From positions 205,744-269,743 of the forward strand of contig CAZBZO010000001.1 of the NCBI GenBank assembly GCA_964496425.1: a DNA stretch of 64,000 bases, in the 5' to 3' direction. Under the pieces are notes generated by a model. It was given only the letters and a program-made list of their open reading frames with translations, did no database searches and was not told where the DNA came from. The position numbers and the translations under genes are program-made. This stretch comes from an uncultured Candidatus Saccharibacteria bacterium (GTDB lineage Bacteria; Patescibacteriota; Minisyncoccia; Phycocordibacterales; UBA9973). The stretch's first letter is position 1. Each line of letters starts with the position of its first letter. Below, in pieces: positions 28,724 to 39,503 of the stretch.

Positions 28724-30985
28724 CTACTTTTTGCTAGGGTTATTTTTTTCTAGTTTCTCTTTAAATACTTTGATAAGTTCTCGCTTGATTTCTTCTGTTG
28801 TTTTGAGCTTAAAATAGAGATCCTGTTTGGTAGTATCTCCGACGAGGTCGTATTGGTGGTCCAAATCTGCTTGCGTAAAAAAATCTTTATCTTCAAGTGC
28901 CTTTTCGTAATCAGTGACATTTCCAATCTTTTTCTCTGGAATGTTCGTTTTTACTTCTGCTGATAATGCTGTGATCTTACCCCGTATATTTTTTAGGTTA
29001 CCTTCTGCTTTTCGGATTGCATCTGGATTTTTTAATTTAAGGAATCCCTCGGCGATCCGAGCTTTGAACTCCTCAAACTCATTTTGTTTATATTCTGCAA
29101 ACTTTTGTTCATCCACTGGTATTCCCATGGCGGTGAGTGTCCCTACTACGTCTACATCGTGTCCATTATTCTTTTCGTAGTCAGTTGCGATCATGTTGGA
29201 TCGAATAAGTTTGCTTGGTAGGACTTTGGAAAGTTCTTTTTCAACCTCTGCCAAATCCTTTTTTGATGAAGTGAATACGTTTTTCTGTCTAATGGCTATA
29301 TAAGTGTCATATCCTTTTGCATACGCTGCCGTCGCGCCAAGGGGGATCGTGTTGTTATTGTATTCAATAAAATTTATTAGAACTTTCCCTAATACCGGAT
29401 GGTCAAAAGTAATATCAAGCGCTTCCATTTTCTTTTCCGCTTTGGTAATACCTCTTCCTGAGTTGAACACCTTTTTTTGTTGATCGTTGCAGATTTCTCG
29501 AAGTGGCATCCCGCCCGTACGCTCGCGCGTAACAGGATCTTCTATGGTGTTTACAACAATAGCCAACTCATTTGAGGTGAAGGGTTTTCCAAAATCAATC
29601 TTGTCTTTCATAATGGTAAACCTGTTTGCGACTAAGCCCAGCATATCTTTAGCGGAAATACTTTTAGACACCCCATACGGGGTATGGGACCATTTTTTAT
29701 CAAAATTTTTTCGAATTTCTGAATCAAGATAGGATAAATTATCAATTCTATTGACGAGTGTAATATATTGCTCGAGGCCGTTTACAGGTAAGAGCTTTTC
29801 TCGATATTGCGGCATCTTCATGAGCATTCGATACATACCTTCTGTGGCTGAAGTGAAGCGGTCCTTGCGCTTTGGATCGTGGTGGTCGAAAGTCACGGTA
29901 CCATCAGGCTCAATAGTAGCCCCATCTTTCCCCGAAGTATCGAAGTTGACAACTCCGGCCGGTGGGTTGGTGTCATTTTCTTTCTGTGTTCTTTCGAGTT
30001 GCTCGGTACGGGTAAGCCTATCGCCTTTAGAGACAACCGTCAGACGATTGAGTTTTATGCCAGCTAGCTCACACAAAAGTTCAAGACCTTGTGCGTCAAG
30101 ATCTGGTCTTCCCCAGCCATCGCTTCCCACGAGCTCGCCATTTTCATCGAATACGTCATTTCCATGGATAACCCCTTCTATCCCACGTGGATCGCTGAAC
30201 AATTTTTCGAGTTCAGCAAGTTCTTTTTTTTCTGCGATAGTATTTTGATGATATTCAAACCGTCCTTCTTTTTCTGAAAATTTTTCCTGCAGCCTCTTTA
30301 TATCTTCCTCGTATCGAACTGCGAATGTTTTTTTGTAATAATCTAGGTTTTTTAATTTAGTATCGAGTAGGGCTATTTCAGTTTCATTTTTTTGTTTGGT
30401 AGCTGCATTGGATTCAGTTTCATTTTTCTTTACATAAAAGTCTCGAGCTGTTCGGTATTCGTGTCCCAAGTAGGCTATGGGGTCTGAAAAAAAATTTTGC
30501 ATAGCTTCCAAATCCTCAGACTCCAGTGGTACTGGCTTCCCTAGAGCAGTAAGAAATTTTTTCTCCATACCCTCGATACTTTTTTGTATTTCAAGTTGTA
30601 CTAAATTTTCTTCAAGCCCGGATAGGCGAGACCCAAGTATCTTTTTGGCAGGTGTTTTTTCAGACTTTAAATCTTTTTTCTTAGTATCATCATTCGGCGC
30701 TTTTCTCTCTCTCAGTTTAGTGATTGCTGCTGCACAGTCCCGTATGACTTTATTCATTGTGTCCTTTTCACTACCCGTAGCTGTCTTTCGACTTAGCTTA
30801 TTGTCGGCGATGATACTTTCAAGTTCTTGTATGGCTTGATCTCTGAGCGCCTCTACATCACCAGACTGTGGATCGATACTTAGAAAAAATTCATTGGCAA
30901 TTTCGGTCAGCGTTGCGCGAAGTACTGTCTCTTGTTCTTGAACAGAATTTAATAGTACGCCGGGATTTCTTGGTCCATTATTCAT
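28724..30985 (-). CDS. Orphan protein with a possible DHH-like motif
   Basis: 753 aa. It contains ...TVTFDHHDPKRKDR..., which is reminiscent of DHH phosphoesterase motif III. The assignment is weak. Confidence 0.45.
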   Translation of the reverse strand: MNNGPRNPGVLLNSVQEQETVLRATLTEIANEFFLSIDPQSGDVEALRDQAIQELESIIADNKLSRKTATGSEKDTMNKVIRDCAAAITKLRERKAPNDDTKKKDLKSEKTPAKKILGSRLSGLEENLVQLEIQKSIEGMEKKFLTALGKPVPLESEDLEAMQNFFSDPIAYLGHEYRTARDFYVKKNETESNAATKQKNETEIALLDTKLKNLDYYKKTFAVRYEEDIKRLQEKFSEKEGRFEYHQNTIAEKKELAELEKLFSDPRGIEGVIHGNDVFDENGELVGSDGWGRPDLDAQGLELLCELAGIKLNRLTVVSKGDRLTRTEQLERTQKENDTNPPAGVVNFDTSGKDGATIEPDGTVTFDHHDPKRKDRFTSATEGMYRMLMKMPQYREKLLPVNGLEQYITLVNRIDNLSYLDSEIRKNFDKKWSHTPYGVSKSISAKDMLGLVANRFTIMKDKIDFGKPFTSNELAIVVNTIEDPVTRERTGGMPLREICNDQQKKVFNSGRGITKAEKKMEALDITFDHPVLGKVLINFIEYNNNTIPLGATAAYAKGYDTYIAIRQKNVFTSSKKDLAEVEKELSKVLPSKLIRSNMIATDYEKNNGHDVDVVGTLTAMGIPVDEQKFAEYKQNEFEEFKARIAEGFLKLKNPDAIRKAEGNLKNIRGKITALSAEVKTNIPEKKIGNVTDYEKALEDKDFFTQADLDHQYDLVGDTTKQDLYFKLKTTEEIKRELIKVFKEKLEKNNPSKK

Positions 30986-31009
30986 AAAGTATATTGTAGC
31001 AATAATATT

Positions 31010-32518
31010 TTATTTTCCTCTCATTCCAAGAAGCAAGGCCTGCACTTTTTTAAATTCAGGTAGTGCGTTTGTTTTTATATCTTCATTTATGGAGTTAACT
31101 GCAGTTTTCAACTGCGCAAACTCTTTTAAGAGCTCTTCTTTATTCATTAATTCATACCCTTTAAATTTGTCTTTTTCTTTCGGCTCCTGTGCGCGGAGTT
31201 TTTCAAGCTTTCGTTCTATAAAAGCGATAAACTTCTGGTCAGGAATGCCTTCCCCTTTGGGATCATTCTGTGGGTCTTGTGCCCGTTTGAGTTCTTCCTC
31301 CCAATACGATATTCCTTTTTCGACAGGGACAGGAGTGTGTTCGACATGGTGGGCTTTTCTCTTATGCGTCTCTCTAGCCTCGAGTTCTTTAGCTATTTCC
31401 TCATACGGTAAATACTGAGTTTTGGGTGACTTGATCCCTTCTATATCAATTATTTTTCTTTCAATAATTATCTGGCCCCCCTTGATCAATACTGTTTCAT
31501 TTTCGTTGAGCTTCGGTAATATACTTCTTAAAGCAGCATCGATATATCTTTCATCTTTAAATTTCTGCTCTCTGGCATCCTCCTCACGAAAGCGCGGCGA
31601 AATTGACGCTGCTTCTTTCGGTACCTCGTAACGGCTGATTCTTGGCTGGGTGTCTTCTTGATTTTCCCACCACAGCCGTCCATTTTTTGAGGCGCTTCTT
31701 TCCTTCGGTGTGTTATCAGACAACATAAGCTCATTTTCTTTGATCCACGCTTCGGCTCGGTGGGTATCCATGATTGAGATTGAACTATCTGGATTTTTAA
31801 TATGGAAATAATTCTTTTCTTCTTGCCTCGGATCTCTTGGAAAAGCAACATAGTCAGGTATTTCTTGTACCTGATATCTTTCATTCGTTTTGGGATGGAT
31901 AAGTGTATCCCCAGGAGCTAGCTCAAAAACAAGTTCATTTTGAGCTTCTTCCTCTGGCTTTCTAAAGTTTCCTTCCGGAAGCCAATTTTTTGAAATCTTT
32001 TTTATTTGTGAGGCGTGGAGATTTCGTTCCGTTTTAATTTTATTGTATGCCGCTTTTGCTACGGCACCGGGCAACCAGGCTCCTATTTTTTTTATAATAT
32101 CCGCATGTTCTGTAATAGGTTCTGGTGGGGCTACTTTTTCAATGTGCGGGCGAGCCGTTATTGGGATTTTTGGGTTGGAGTATGGTAAATTATTTGAGAC
32201 TATTTTTTCTGCAGCTGATATGTCATTCATAAGCCGCGTTACTTCTTTGTTGGGGTACCCCAATTGCGCCAAAGTTGCTCGCATCTCCATTTCAGGATCG
32301 TTTTCAGTGTGATCTCCCTCGAGCTTTCTCTTAGTCTTTACAAGTATTTTCTTGTTTTTTCGATGGAGCTTTACTTCCCGACTCCCGTCGTCTTTGACAT
32401 CGATGCCAAGCGTATATTTCTCTTCCTGGTATGCTCGTTGTAGTTTGGCAACCGCTTCTTCTTGCGAGTGCGTTGGCGGCACATATTCATTTGCTCGAGC
32501 ACCTCCTTCTCTACGCAT
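31010..32518 (-). CDS. Charged orphan protein
   Basis: 502 aa, Lys/Glu-rich, with no motifs. Confidence 0.5.
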   Translation of the reverse strand: MRREGGARANEYVPPTHSQEEAVAKLQRAYQEEKYTLGIDVKDDGSREVKLHRKNKKILVKTKRKLEGDHTENDPEMEMRATLAQLGYPNKEVTRLMNDISAAEKIVSNNLPYSNPKIPITARPHIEKVAPPEPITEHADIIKKIGAWLPGAVAKAAYNKIKTERNLHASQIKKISKNWLPEGNFRKPEEEAQNELVFELAPGDTLIHPKTNERYQVQEIPDYVAFPRDPRQEEKNYFHIKNPDSSISIMDTHRAEAWIKENELMLSDNTPKERSASKNGRLWWENQEDTQPRISRYEVPKEAASISPRFREEDAREQKFKDERYIDAALRSILPKLNENETVLIKGGQIIIERKIIDIEGIKSPKTQYLPYEEIAKELEARETHKRKAHHVEHTPVPVEKGISYWEEELKRAQDPQNDPKGEGIPDQKFIAFIERKLEKLRAQEPKEKDKFKGYELMNKEELLKEFAQLKTAVNSINEDIKTNALPEFKKVQALLLGMRGK

Positions 32519-32901
32519 TGTATTTTATGTATTTCACTATTTTATAACTATTTGTCAATATTTTTGACATATATTTCATATGTTGCCGAAAATAATTGTG
32601 GGGTTGACTCTCCCCCTCCATGCGCTACCATTATGAATTGAGAGTATATACAGTATATACCTTCACTACCGAAAGACGATATTTAGATTTAGGCCTTGAT
32701 TTATAAGGCTCAAATCTAAATCACCTGCCCGATTGTAAAAACTACCTCGATTTTATAGATATACCAGAGCCTGAAAAGGTCGGATCTGGTCCCGGGATGC
32801 CGGGCGAAAATCAAGGTTGTATCAATAGACTTTATTCAACTTTTCATAACAAACGCTCAGGGCCCAAAGAGGATAGTGGGGCACAAGGAGCTGAAATAAC
32901 T

Positions 32902-33978
32902 ATGTATACCAAGCTTTTTCGAAAAAAGCCTCTTTTCCTTGCAGCCCTTACGCTTTTCGTTGGTTTCCCTTTTGCGGTACAAGCGAGTATCTTGGGCTCT
33001 CTTTTAGGCGCTTCTGCTTCGGCTGCCAATTCTCAACCGAACAAAATCCCGCTCCTTGAAGCACATCTTGGACTCGATCCTGCCTATTCTCTAGAAGACA
33101 ATCAATTGCTGAGCGTTGAAGAAGATGCATTAATGCCAAAACTCGGACCGCTCGGTACTGAGGCCGAAGTGGCCGAACTACCAGATGCGACGTTCATGTC
33201 GACTCATGTCGTTCGTCCGGGTGATACTATCTCTACTGTTGCTGAGCTCTATGATGTGACGTCCGGTACTATCCTCATCGCCAATAATCTTTCTAAGGGC
33301 GACAAACTTCAGATCGGAGAAAAGCTTGTTATTTTACCTTTCTCGGGGGTACAACATACTGCCAAAAAAGGTGATACCATCGCCAAGATTGCTAAGACAT
33401 ATGGTACGGACGAAGACGAAATCATAAAGTTCAATAATATTAGCGAAGGCACCGTGCTTGCTGTTGGAGATACTATTTTGATTCCTGACGTAGAAAATGA
33501 AGTCTTGGCCCAAGTAACGGAAGCAAAAAATGCTAAAAGCACGACGAAAAGCACAGTTTCTTCAGGAAAAAGTAAAAACACTGCTTCTCTTCCCGGCTAT
33601 TATCTCTGGCCGATTGAAGGTGGACGAGGACGCACCAACCAAGGTGCGCATGGATACAGAAGCAATTCGGTTGACTTAGGCGGCGTACCAGCTGGTACCA
33701 ACCTTGTTGCGGCAGCCGACGGTGTCGTAATCACGAGCAAAAACAGCGGCTGGAATGGTGGGTACGGCAACTACATGATCATTCAGCATGAGAACAACAC
33801 AACAACAATTTATGGCCATATGCAACACGCAGGATTGCCAGTCGGCACTCGTGTCGCTCAAGGTCAAGTCATCGGTCAGATCGGAAGAAGCGGTAATGCG
33901 ACTGGTGTACATGTCCACTTCGAAGTAAGAGGAAACGGTAACATTATCAATCCTGGTATCAACAAAACCTGGAAGTAG
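32902..33978 (+). CDS. Secreted LysM-domain M23 family metallopeptidase
   Basis: The start at 32902 is preceded by AAGGAG at 32885-32890. The signal peptide is MYTKLFRKKPLFLAALTLFVGFPFAVQAS. Two LysM repeats are present (HVVRPGDTISTVAELY... and HTAKKGDTIAKIAKTY...). The M23 motifs HGYRSNSVDLGG...GGYGNYMIIQHE...GVHVHFEV are present. Confidence 0.85.
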   Translation: MYTKLFRKKPLFLAALTLFVGFPFAVQASILGSLLGASASAANSQPNKIPLLEAHLGLDPAYSLEDNQLLSVEEDALMPKLGPLGTEAEVAELPDATFMSTHVVRPGDTISTVAELYDVTSGTILIANNLSKGDKLQIGEKLVILPFSGVQHTAKKGDTIAKIAKTYGTDEDEIIKFNNISEGTVLAVGDTILIPDVENEVLAQVTEAKNAKSTTKSTVSSGKSKNTASLPGYYLWPIEGGRGRTNQGAHGYRSNSVDLGGVPAGTNLVAAADGVVITSKNSGWNGGYGNYMIIQHENNTTTIYGHMQHAGLPVGTRVAQGQVIGQIGRSGNATGVHVHFEVRGNGNIINPGINKTWK

Positions 33979-34028
33979 AAATTAAAATAAATAAAAATAC
34001 CGCGACAATCGCGGTATTTTTATTTATT

Positions 34029-35567
34029 TTAATTTCTTGGCCGATACTGGAGTGCTTCTAGTATCTGCGGCACTCCCACTTCTTCGCTTCCCTCAAGATC
34101 GGCTATCGTGCGGGCAAGTTTGAGTATTCGATGATATGCGCGGGCAGAGAGTTTTAGTTTCTCCGCGCTTTCATTTAAAATTTTCTTTGTTTCTTCATCG
34201 ATCGGAACAAATTTTCCTAGGTCTTTGACGTTCATATCGCTGTTGACGGTGATTCCTCGATCATGCCCGGCAAAACGCTTGGCTTGAATGGTACGTGCAC
34301 GAGCAACTCTCGATTTGATGGTCTCTGTTTTTTCACCTGTGCCTGTTTCGTCACCCAACTTTGCATACTCAACAGCTCCGACTGTGGTCCACAGATCAAT
34401 ACGATCCATGATTGGTCCTGAGAGGCGACGACGATAGCGAGCGAGGTCGACTGGTGTGCAGATACATTCTTTTTGCTTGCTGCCTGCATTGCCGCAGGGA
34501 CATGGGTTCATCGCGGCAACCAAAATAAAATTGGAAGGAAATACTGCAGTGCCTTTGGCGCGAGAGATCGAAACAATATTATCTTCCAAGGGTTGACGCA
34601 AAGATTCTATGACGCGTTTTTCAAATTCTGGAAATTCGTCGAGAAAAAGTACGCCGCGATGGGCCAGAGTGACTTCACCAGGCTTTGGTATGGTGCCGCC
34701 GCCGATGATCGAGACATAGGATGCAGTGTGGTGAGGTGAGCGAAATGGCGCTTTTGTCACCAGTCCACTACGAAGCGTGCCTCCGACTGAATGAATGCTG
34801 GTGATTTCTAAAATCTCAGGCAATGAAAGGTCAGGCAAGAGAGATGAAAAAGCTCGTGCGAGCATGGTCTTACCGGTGCCTGGTGGGCCGCTCATCGCAA
34901 TATTGTGTCCGCCTGCAGCGGCGATCTCGAGACCTCGTTTGGCGCTCTCTTGCCCTCGGATATCTTGGAAATCAATGCTTGCAAGGATGTCTTCGTATAC
35001 AATTTCTGTTTTCGGTATTTTATCGAGCTCTACTTTTTTGCTTTTAGGAGTCGTGTCGAGGTGTTCAATAATCTCATTTAAATTTTGTATGCCATAGACA
35101 TCAATGCCATCTACAAGTGCTGCTTCGCTGGTGTTTTCTCTCGGCACATATATCTCTTCGAATCCTAAGCGTTTGGCTTCTTGTGTGAGTGGTAGCGCAC
35201 CACGAATCGGACGAAGATCTCCGTTTAAAGAAAGTTCACCGAGAAATATTTTTTTCTCCGGATCAAAAACAATCTCTTCACTTGCTAAGAGGTACGAGAG
35301 TGCAATAGCGAGATCAAAATATGGCCCTTCCTTTTTTACATCAGCCGGCGAGAGGGATACGACAGTTTTTTGATTTTTGGACTTTGGTGATTCGTGGCCG
35401 GAGTTTTTTAAAGCAGAACCGACGCGATCGCGTGATTCATCCACCGCTTTATCAGCCAGGCCGACGATTGAGAAGGCATTCAATCCCCTTGAGATATCCA
35501 CTTCTACGGTGATGATTTGTCCCGACAGAAGGTTGGTTTGTGCAGAATACACACGAGCGAAGGACAT
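34029..35567 (-). CDS. comM: YifB/ComM-family Mg-chelatase-like AAA+ ATPase
   Basis: 512 aa with an N-terminal Lon-like domain. Walker A is MSGPPGTGKTMLA and Walker B is VLFLDEFPEF. A C-terminal Mg-chelatase-like region is present. Confidence 0.9.
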   Translation of the reverse strand: MSFARVYSAQTNLLSGQIITVEVDISRGLNAFSIVGLADKAVDESRDRVGSALKNSGHESPKSKNQKTVVSLSPADVKKEGPYFDLAIALSYLLASEEIVFDPEKKIFLGELSLNGDLRPIRGALPLTQEAKRLGFEEIYVPRENTSEAALVDGIDVYGIQNLNEIIEHLDTTPKSKKVELDKIPKTEIVYEDILASIDFQDIRGQESAKRGLEIAAAGGHNIAMSGPPGTGKTMLARAFSSLLPDLSLPEILEITSIHSVGGTLRSGLVTKAPFRSPHHTASYVSIIGGGTIPKPGEVTLAHRGVLFLDEFPEFEKRVIESLRQPLEDNIVSISRAKGTAVFPSNFILVAAMNPCPCGNAGSKQKECICTPVDLARYRRRLSGPIMDRIDLWTTVGAVEYAKLGDETGTGEKTETIKSRVARARTIQAKRFAGHDRGITVNSDMNVKDLGKFVPIDEETKKILNESAEKLKLSARAYHRILKLARTIADLEGSEEVGVPQILEALQYRPRN

Positions 35568-35647
35568 AAATGTAATTACTAATTAAGAATTACTAATGTG
35601 GTCCAGAATGCAATTGGTTTTAATTAGTAATTATTCATTAGTAATTT

Positions 35648-36016
35648 TTAATTATTCATATGCGCAATGCAGGTGCGTGCGGCGGGATTGGCTTCCAGGC
35701 GCTTGGTCTCGATGGGTCCGTTTGATACTTCACAAATCCCATACTTATTTTTTTCTATTTTGAGGAGAGCATCGTTGATGTCTTTGAAACGTTCCTCGAG
35801 TATCTTGACCATTGCTGTACGCTCTTCAAAGTCCTCAAATCGATCCGCGGCAGAGTTTTCATCGGCTTCGCCGAGATCGTCTTGGTTGGGGACCGCTACC
35901 CACATTTGGGTGACGGGATCAAAAGTCCCAAAACGTTCGAGTTCTGTAGAGAGTACTTGTTTTTCAGCGTCGAGCTTCTTTTTAAAATATGAGATGTTTA
36001 TTTTTGGTTCTGACAT
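35648..36016 (-). CDS. DksA/TraR-like coiled-coil protein with a degenerate zinc finger
   Basis: 122 aa. An N-terminal coiled coil is followed by C-terminal ...YGICEVSNGPIETKRLEANPAARTCIAH, which is only partly Cys-containing. Confidence 0.35.
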   Translation of the reverse strand: MSEPKINISYFKKKLDAEKQVLSTELERFGTFDPVTQMWVAVPNQDDLGEADENSAADRFEDFEERTAMVKILEERFKDINDALLKIEKNKYGICEVSNGPIETKRLEANPAARTCIAHMNN

Positions 36017-36067
36017 AGGAATATATTACTTTATAAAGTGTAGCACAGCAAGAAAAATGTCAAACAC

Positions 36068-37057
36068 TTAGCGTTTGATCGTGCTGCGGGTCAATCGATC
36101 AATCACTTCGCTAAATGTTACGGCATCTTCAGCGATGATGATGGTGCTCTCGTCGAGGAAAGAGTAAAAAAGAACAATTTTCCCAGTCGAGTCTTTCAAA
36201 GCACGTGTATCGCGATTCTTTATTATGGCATCTTCGAAGGTACTCTGAAAGAGCACTTGATTATCACCACTAATATCAATACCAAAGAGTCCGTACCAGT
36301 CATCAAACAGATTGGTTTCCCAGGTAAGTAGCGCCGGAAGCGCTGTTTCATAGGTGTTGGTTGAAAGAAGAACAAAAGTTTTTGTTCCATCATAGGTGAA
36401 GGCGCCGACCATGAATTCAGGCTCCAGGGTCCGTAAAAGTTCGGCTGGAGCGTGTGATTCAAGTAACGTCAGAAATCGGGTACTACTGACACGAGTCGTT
36501 TGCTCGCCGGTAACTTCAGTGAAGTAGATGTTGCGGATGTTGTTGATCGCAGGAGGAGTCCCTTCTATTTCTGTGCGGATGCGCTCAGCAATGACAAGAG
36601 GTGTAACGCCGGTCACATCAATCGCAGTCGCTTCGTTGGCGTAAACAATAGAAGAAGGAGTGTTGTCTTCGATTGCCGGCACTGTAGGCGGTTTTTTAAG
36701 ATAAAAAATATAGTAAGCGATTGCAAGTGCCAAAAGAATAAAAATGAATCCGCTCACGCTATACATGATATTTTTACCAGCGACCGGTGAAGCATTCTTG
36801 CGAATAGCTTCTCGTTTTTTTTCTTCAGCCAGTGCGATTTTCACTACCGTTGCCTGTCCTGTCTTGATAGCATCGGCCATATCACTCTGATAGGTGCGGA
36901 GCGAATGAGGATCTTCAAGTACCCGCTCGGGTACTTTGTCAGGCACATGGAGCCGTTCCCCGGTATCCGGCGTAGGATTTTTTTGAGGTTCTTTTCCTGT
37001 GGGTTCCATAGTATCCATCATACGATACTTCAGCGTTTTCTTGAAGTATAAATACAA
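36068..37057 (-). CDS. Single-pass membrane hypothetical protein
   Basis: 329 aa with a TM helix IMYSVSGFIFILLALAIAYYIFYL after a charged N-terminus. Confidence 0.5.
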   Translation of the reverse strand: MYLYFKKTLKYRMMDTMEPTGKEPQKNPTPDTGERLHVPDKVPERVLEDPHSLRTYQSDMADAIKTGQATVVKIALAEEKKREAIRKNASPVAGKNIMYSVSGFIFILLALAIAYYIFYLKKPPTVPAIEDNTPSSIVYANEATAIDVTGVTPLVIAERIRTEIEGTPPAINNIRNIYFTEVTGEQTTRVSSTRFLTLLESHAPAELLRTLEPEFMVGAFTYDGTKTFVLLSTNTYETALPALLTWETNLFDDWYGLFGIDISGDNQVLFQSTFEDAIIKNRDTRALKDSTGKIVLFYSFLDESTIIIAEDAVTFSEVIDRLTRSTIKR

Positions 37058-37136
37058 TAAAATCTTTTGTTTACAAGAATAAATTAGAAAAGTCGGACAG
37101 GTGTCCGACTTTTCCTTAGGATGCTTTTTCTCTATA

Positions 37137-39299
37137 TTACGCTTTTGGAGGCTGCGGCATCTTGATAAAGTTTGGGTCGGCAGCTTTGATAGAGAGCGAA
37201 ATACGATCGCGTTCGGTGTCCACCGCGGTGATGACGACTGGCACTTTCATGCCTTCAGAGAGGACGTCAGTGACTTTGTTGACTCGGAAGTTGGCGATTT
37301 CAGAAATATGCACGAGGCCGTCTTTGCCGGCAGCGATTTTCACGATTGCGCCGACTTCAATAATTTTCACGACCTCACCCTCTACTTTCTCTCCGACTTT
37401 CCATTCGCGAGTCATGTCAGCGATCATCTGGTAAGCTTTTTCAGCTGCGCCATTTTTACCAGTCACGTAGACAGTACCATCGTCTTCGATTGAGATTTCC
37501 GCACCCGTATCATCAGTGATCTTGTGAATATTTTTTCCGCCAGGACCGATGACCATACCGATTTGTGTCGGCAAGATTTTCAGCGTCATTATTTTCGGTG
37601 CATGCGGAGCGATATTTGCTCGTGGAGTAGCGATTTCTTTTTGTATTGTTTCCAAAATATGGAGACGAGCTTTCTTCGCATCAGCAAGTGCTTCTACCAG
37701 GATCGGCACTGGTACGCCGTCAACTTTGATATCGAGCTGGATAGCGGTCACACCATTTGTTGTACCGGCGATTTTGAAATCCATATCACCATAGTGATCT
37801 TCTGGTCCCTGGATGTCGGTGAGTATTTTGTAGGCACCGTTCCCAAGAATAAGTCCCATAGCAATTCCCGCGACTGGCGCTTTGATCGGCACGCCGCCGT
37901 CCATGAGTGCGAGCGAGGATGCGCAGATGGAAGCTTGTGATGTCGAGCCATTGGATGCAAGTGATTCTGAAACCACGCGGATAGTATATGGGAATTGTTC
38001 CTTTGATGGGATCACAGCTGAAAGCGCTTTTTCAGCGAGCATGCCATGCCCCATTTCACGACGGTTGGTGCCCGTCATGCGGCCTGTTTCACCAGCTGAG
38101 TACGGAGGAAAATTGTAGTGATGCATGAAACGCTTTTTGCCACGGATCTCCATGCCGTCCAAGGCGTGCTGAGCTTCTGGTCCAGCAAGTGTGAGCGTCG
38201 AGAGCACATGTGTTTCACCGCGGTAAAAAATACCCGAGCCATGAAGCACGTCAGAAAATCCGCCAGCTTTAGCGTAGAGTGCGCGGACTTGGTCGAATGC
38301 TCGGCCGTCAACACGTTTGTTTTCGAGGAGGGCGAGCTCATGCACTAAACGATCAAGAGCTGTGTCAAAATATTCATGGGCGAGATCGCGGGCGGTTTGA
38401 TTGGCTTTGTTGGTCGTATAGTCGGTAATCGGCGGATAGGCTTCCTCAATCATTTTTGTCCACATATCTTGTGATTCGCCGATAACTTTTTTGGTGTCGC
38501 CGGAAGAAAGTGCAGCTTTGAGGGCTGGCTCGATGTTTGTAGTAAAGAGAGCAGGTATTTCAGCGGGCAATACTGGCATATCGATCGTGAGTTTTACTTT
38601 GCCTATCTCGCTTACGATTTTTTTCTGCCATTCTTCAAGTTTGGTGATTTCTTCACTTGCAAGTGCTAATGCTTTAGAAAGTGTATCTTCACCATACTCA
38701 AATGTCATGGCCTCGATCATGACGAGATTCTTTTCTTTGCCACAGACGGTAAGATCAAGATCGTAGGCTGGTTCACCAATCGATGGTGTGTAACTGTTTA
38801 CCAAAAGCGCACCAGCGCGATCCCCACCTTTGGGCATGGAGATATGGACGGCGCCCACAGGACCGCGCCATGGGATATCAGAGGTTGCTATTGCAAGCGA
38901 TGCCGCATTAACTGCAAGGATTCCTGGATCCATATCACCAAGTGAAAGCACGGTGGTAATGACTTGGACAGCGTTTTTCATCCGTTGATCAAAAAGCGGT
39001 CGCAAGGTGCGGTCAATGACGCGAGAGTTGAGTATTGCCTTGTCTGACGGTCGGCCTTCACGCTTATTGAACTGTCCGCCCAAAATCACTCCGGCGGCAT
39101 AATATTTTTCCAGGTATTCAACAGTGAGGTTGAAGTATCCCATGTTGCCACGGCCGTCTTTTGAGATGACAGCGGTGGCGAGTACCATGGTGCCAGCGCA
39201 TTTTAATATGACTGAGCCATTGGCTTGGTCTGCGAGATTGCTAAAAACTGCTGTCACGGTTTTTCCACCGACTTCGATCGAATATTCTTTTGTCTCCAT
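37137..39299 (-). CDS. pnp: Polynucleotide phosphorylase
   Basis: 720 aa with two RNase PH-like domains and C-terminal KH and S1 domains (...EVGAIVKIAAGKDGLVHISEIA...). Confidence 0.95.
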   Translation of the reverse strand: METKEYSIEVGGKTVTAVFSNLADQANGSVILKCAGTMVLATAVISKDGRGNMGYFNLTVEYLEKYYAAGVILGGQFNKREGRPSDKAILNSRVIDRTLRPLFDQRMKNAVQVITTVLSLGDMDPGILAVNAASLAIATSDIPWRGPVGAVHISMPKGGDRAGALLVNSYTPSIGEPAYDLDLTVCGKEKNLVMIEAMTFEYGEDTLSKALALASEEITKLEEWQKKIVSEIGKVKLTIDMPVLPAEIPALFTTNIEPALKAALSSGDTKKVIGESQDMWTKMIEEAYPPITDYTTNKANQTARDLAHEYFDTALDRLVHELALLENKRVDGRAFDQVRALYAKAGGFSDVLHGSGIFYRGETHVLSTLTLAGPEAQHALDGMEIRGKKRFMHHYNFPPYSAGETGRMTGTNRREMGHGMLAEKALSAVIPSKEQFPYTIRVVSESLASNGSTSQASICASSLALMDGGVPIKAPVAGIAMGLILGNGAYKILTDIQGPEDHYGDMDFKIAGTTNGVTAIQLDIKVDGVPVPILVEALADAKKARLHILETIQKEIATPRANIAPHAPKIMTLKILPTQIGMVIGPGGKNIHKITDDTGAEISIEDDGTVYVTGKNGAAEKAYQMIADMTREWKVGEKVEGEVVKIIEVGAIVKIAAGKDGLVHISEIANFRVNKVTDVLSEGMKVPVVITAVDTERDRISLSIKAADPNFIKMPQPPKA

Positions 39300-39503
39300 A
39301 TTTTATTGATAGCGAAGAATTCTAATTTTTAGAATCCAACACTAAAGTAGTCTTCAGGCGATAGAACTGTACTCAAAAGTACAATACTAGGTGCCTGGAG
39401 GCTACGGTTATTTAATAAACGAACGTTGAAGTTATAGCACAGAAATATTCCTTTTACCAGTCAAATTATAAAAGTGTATTTGTAAAGTTTCCATGATATA
39501 GTC

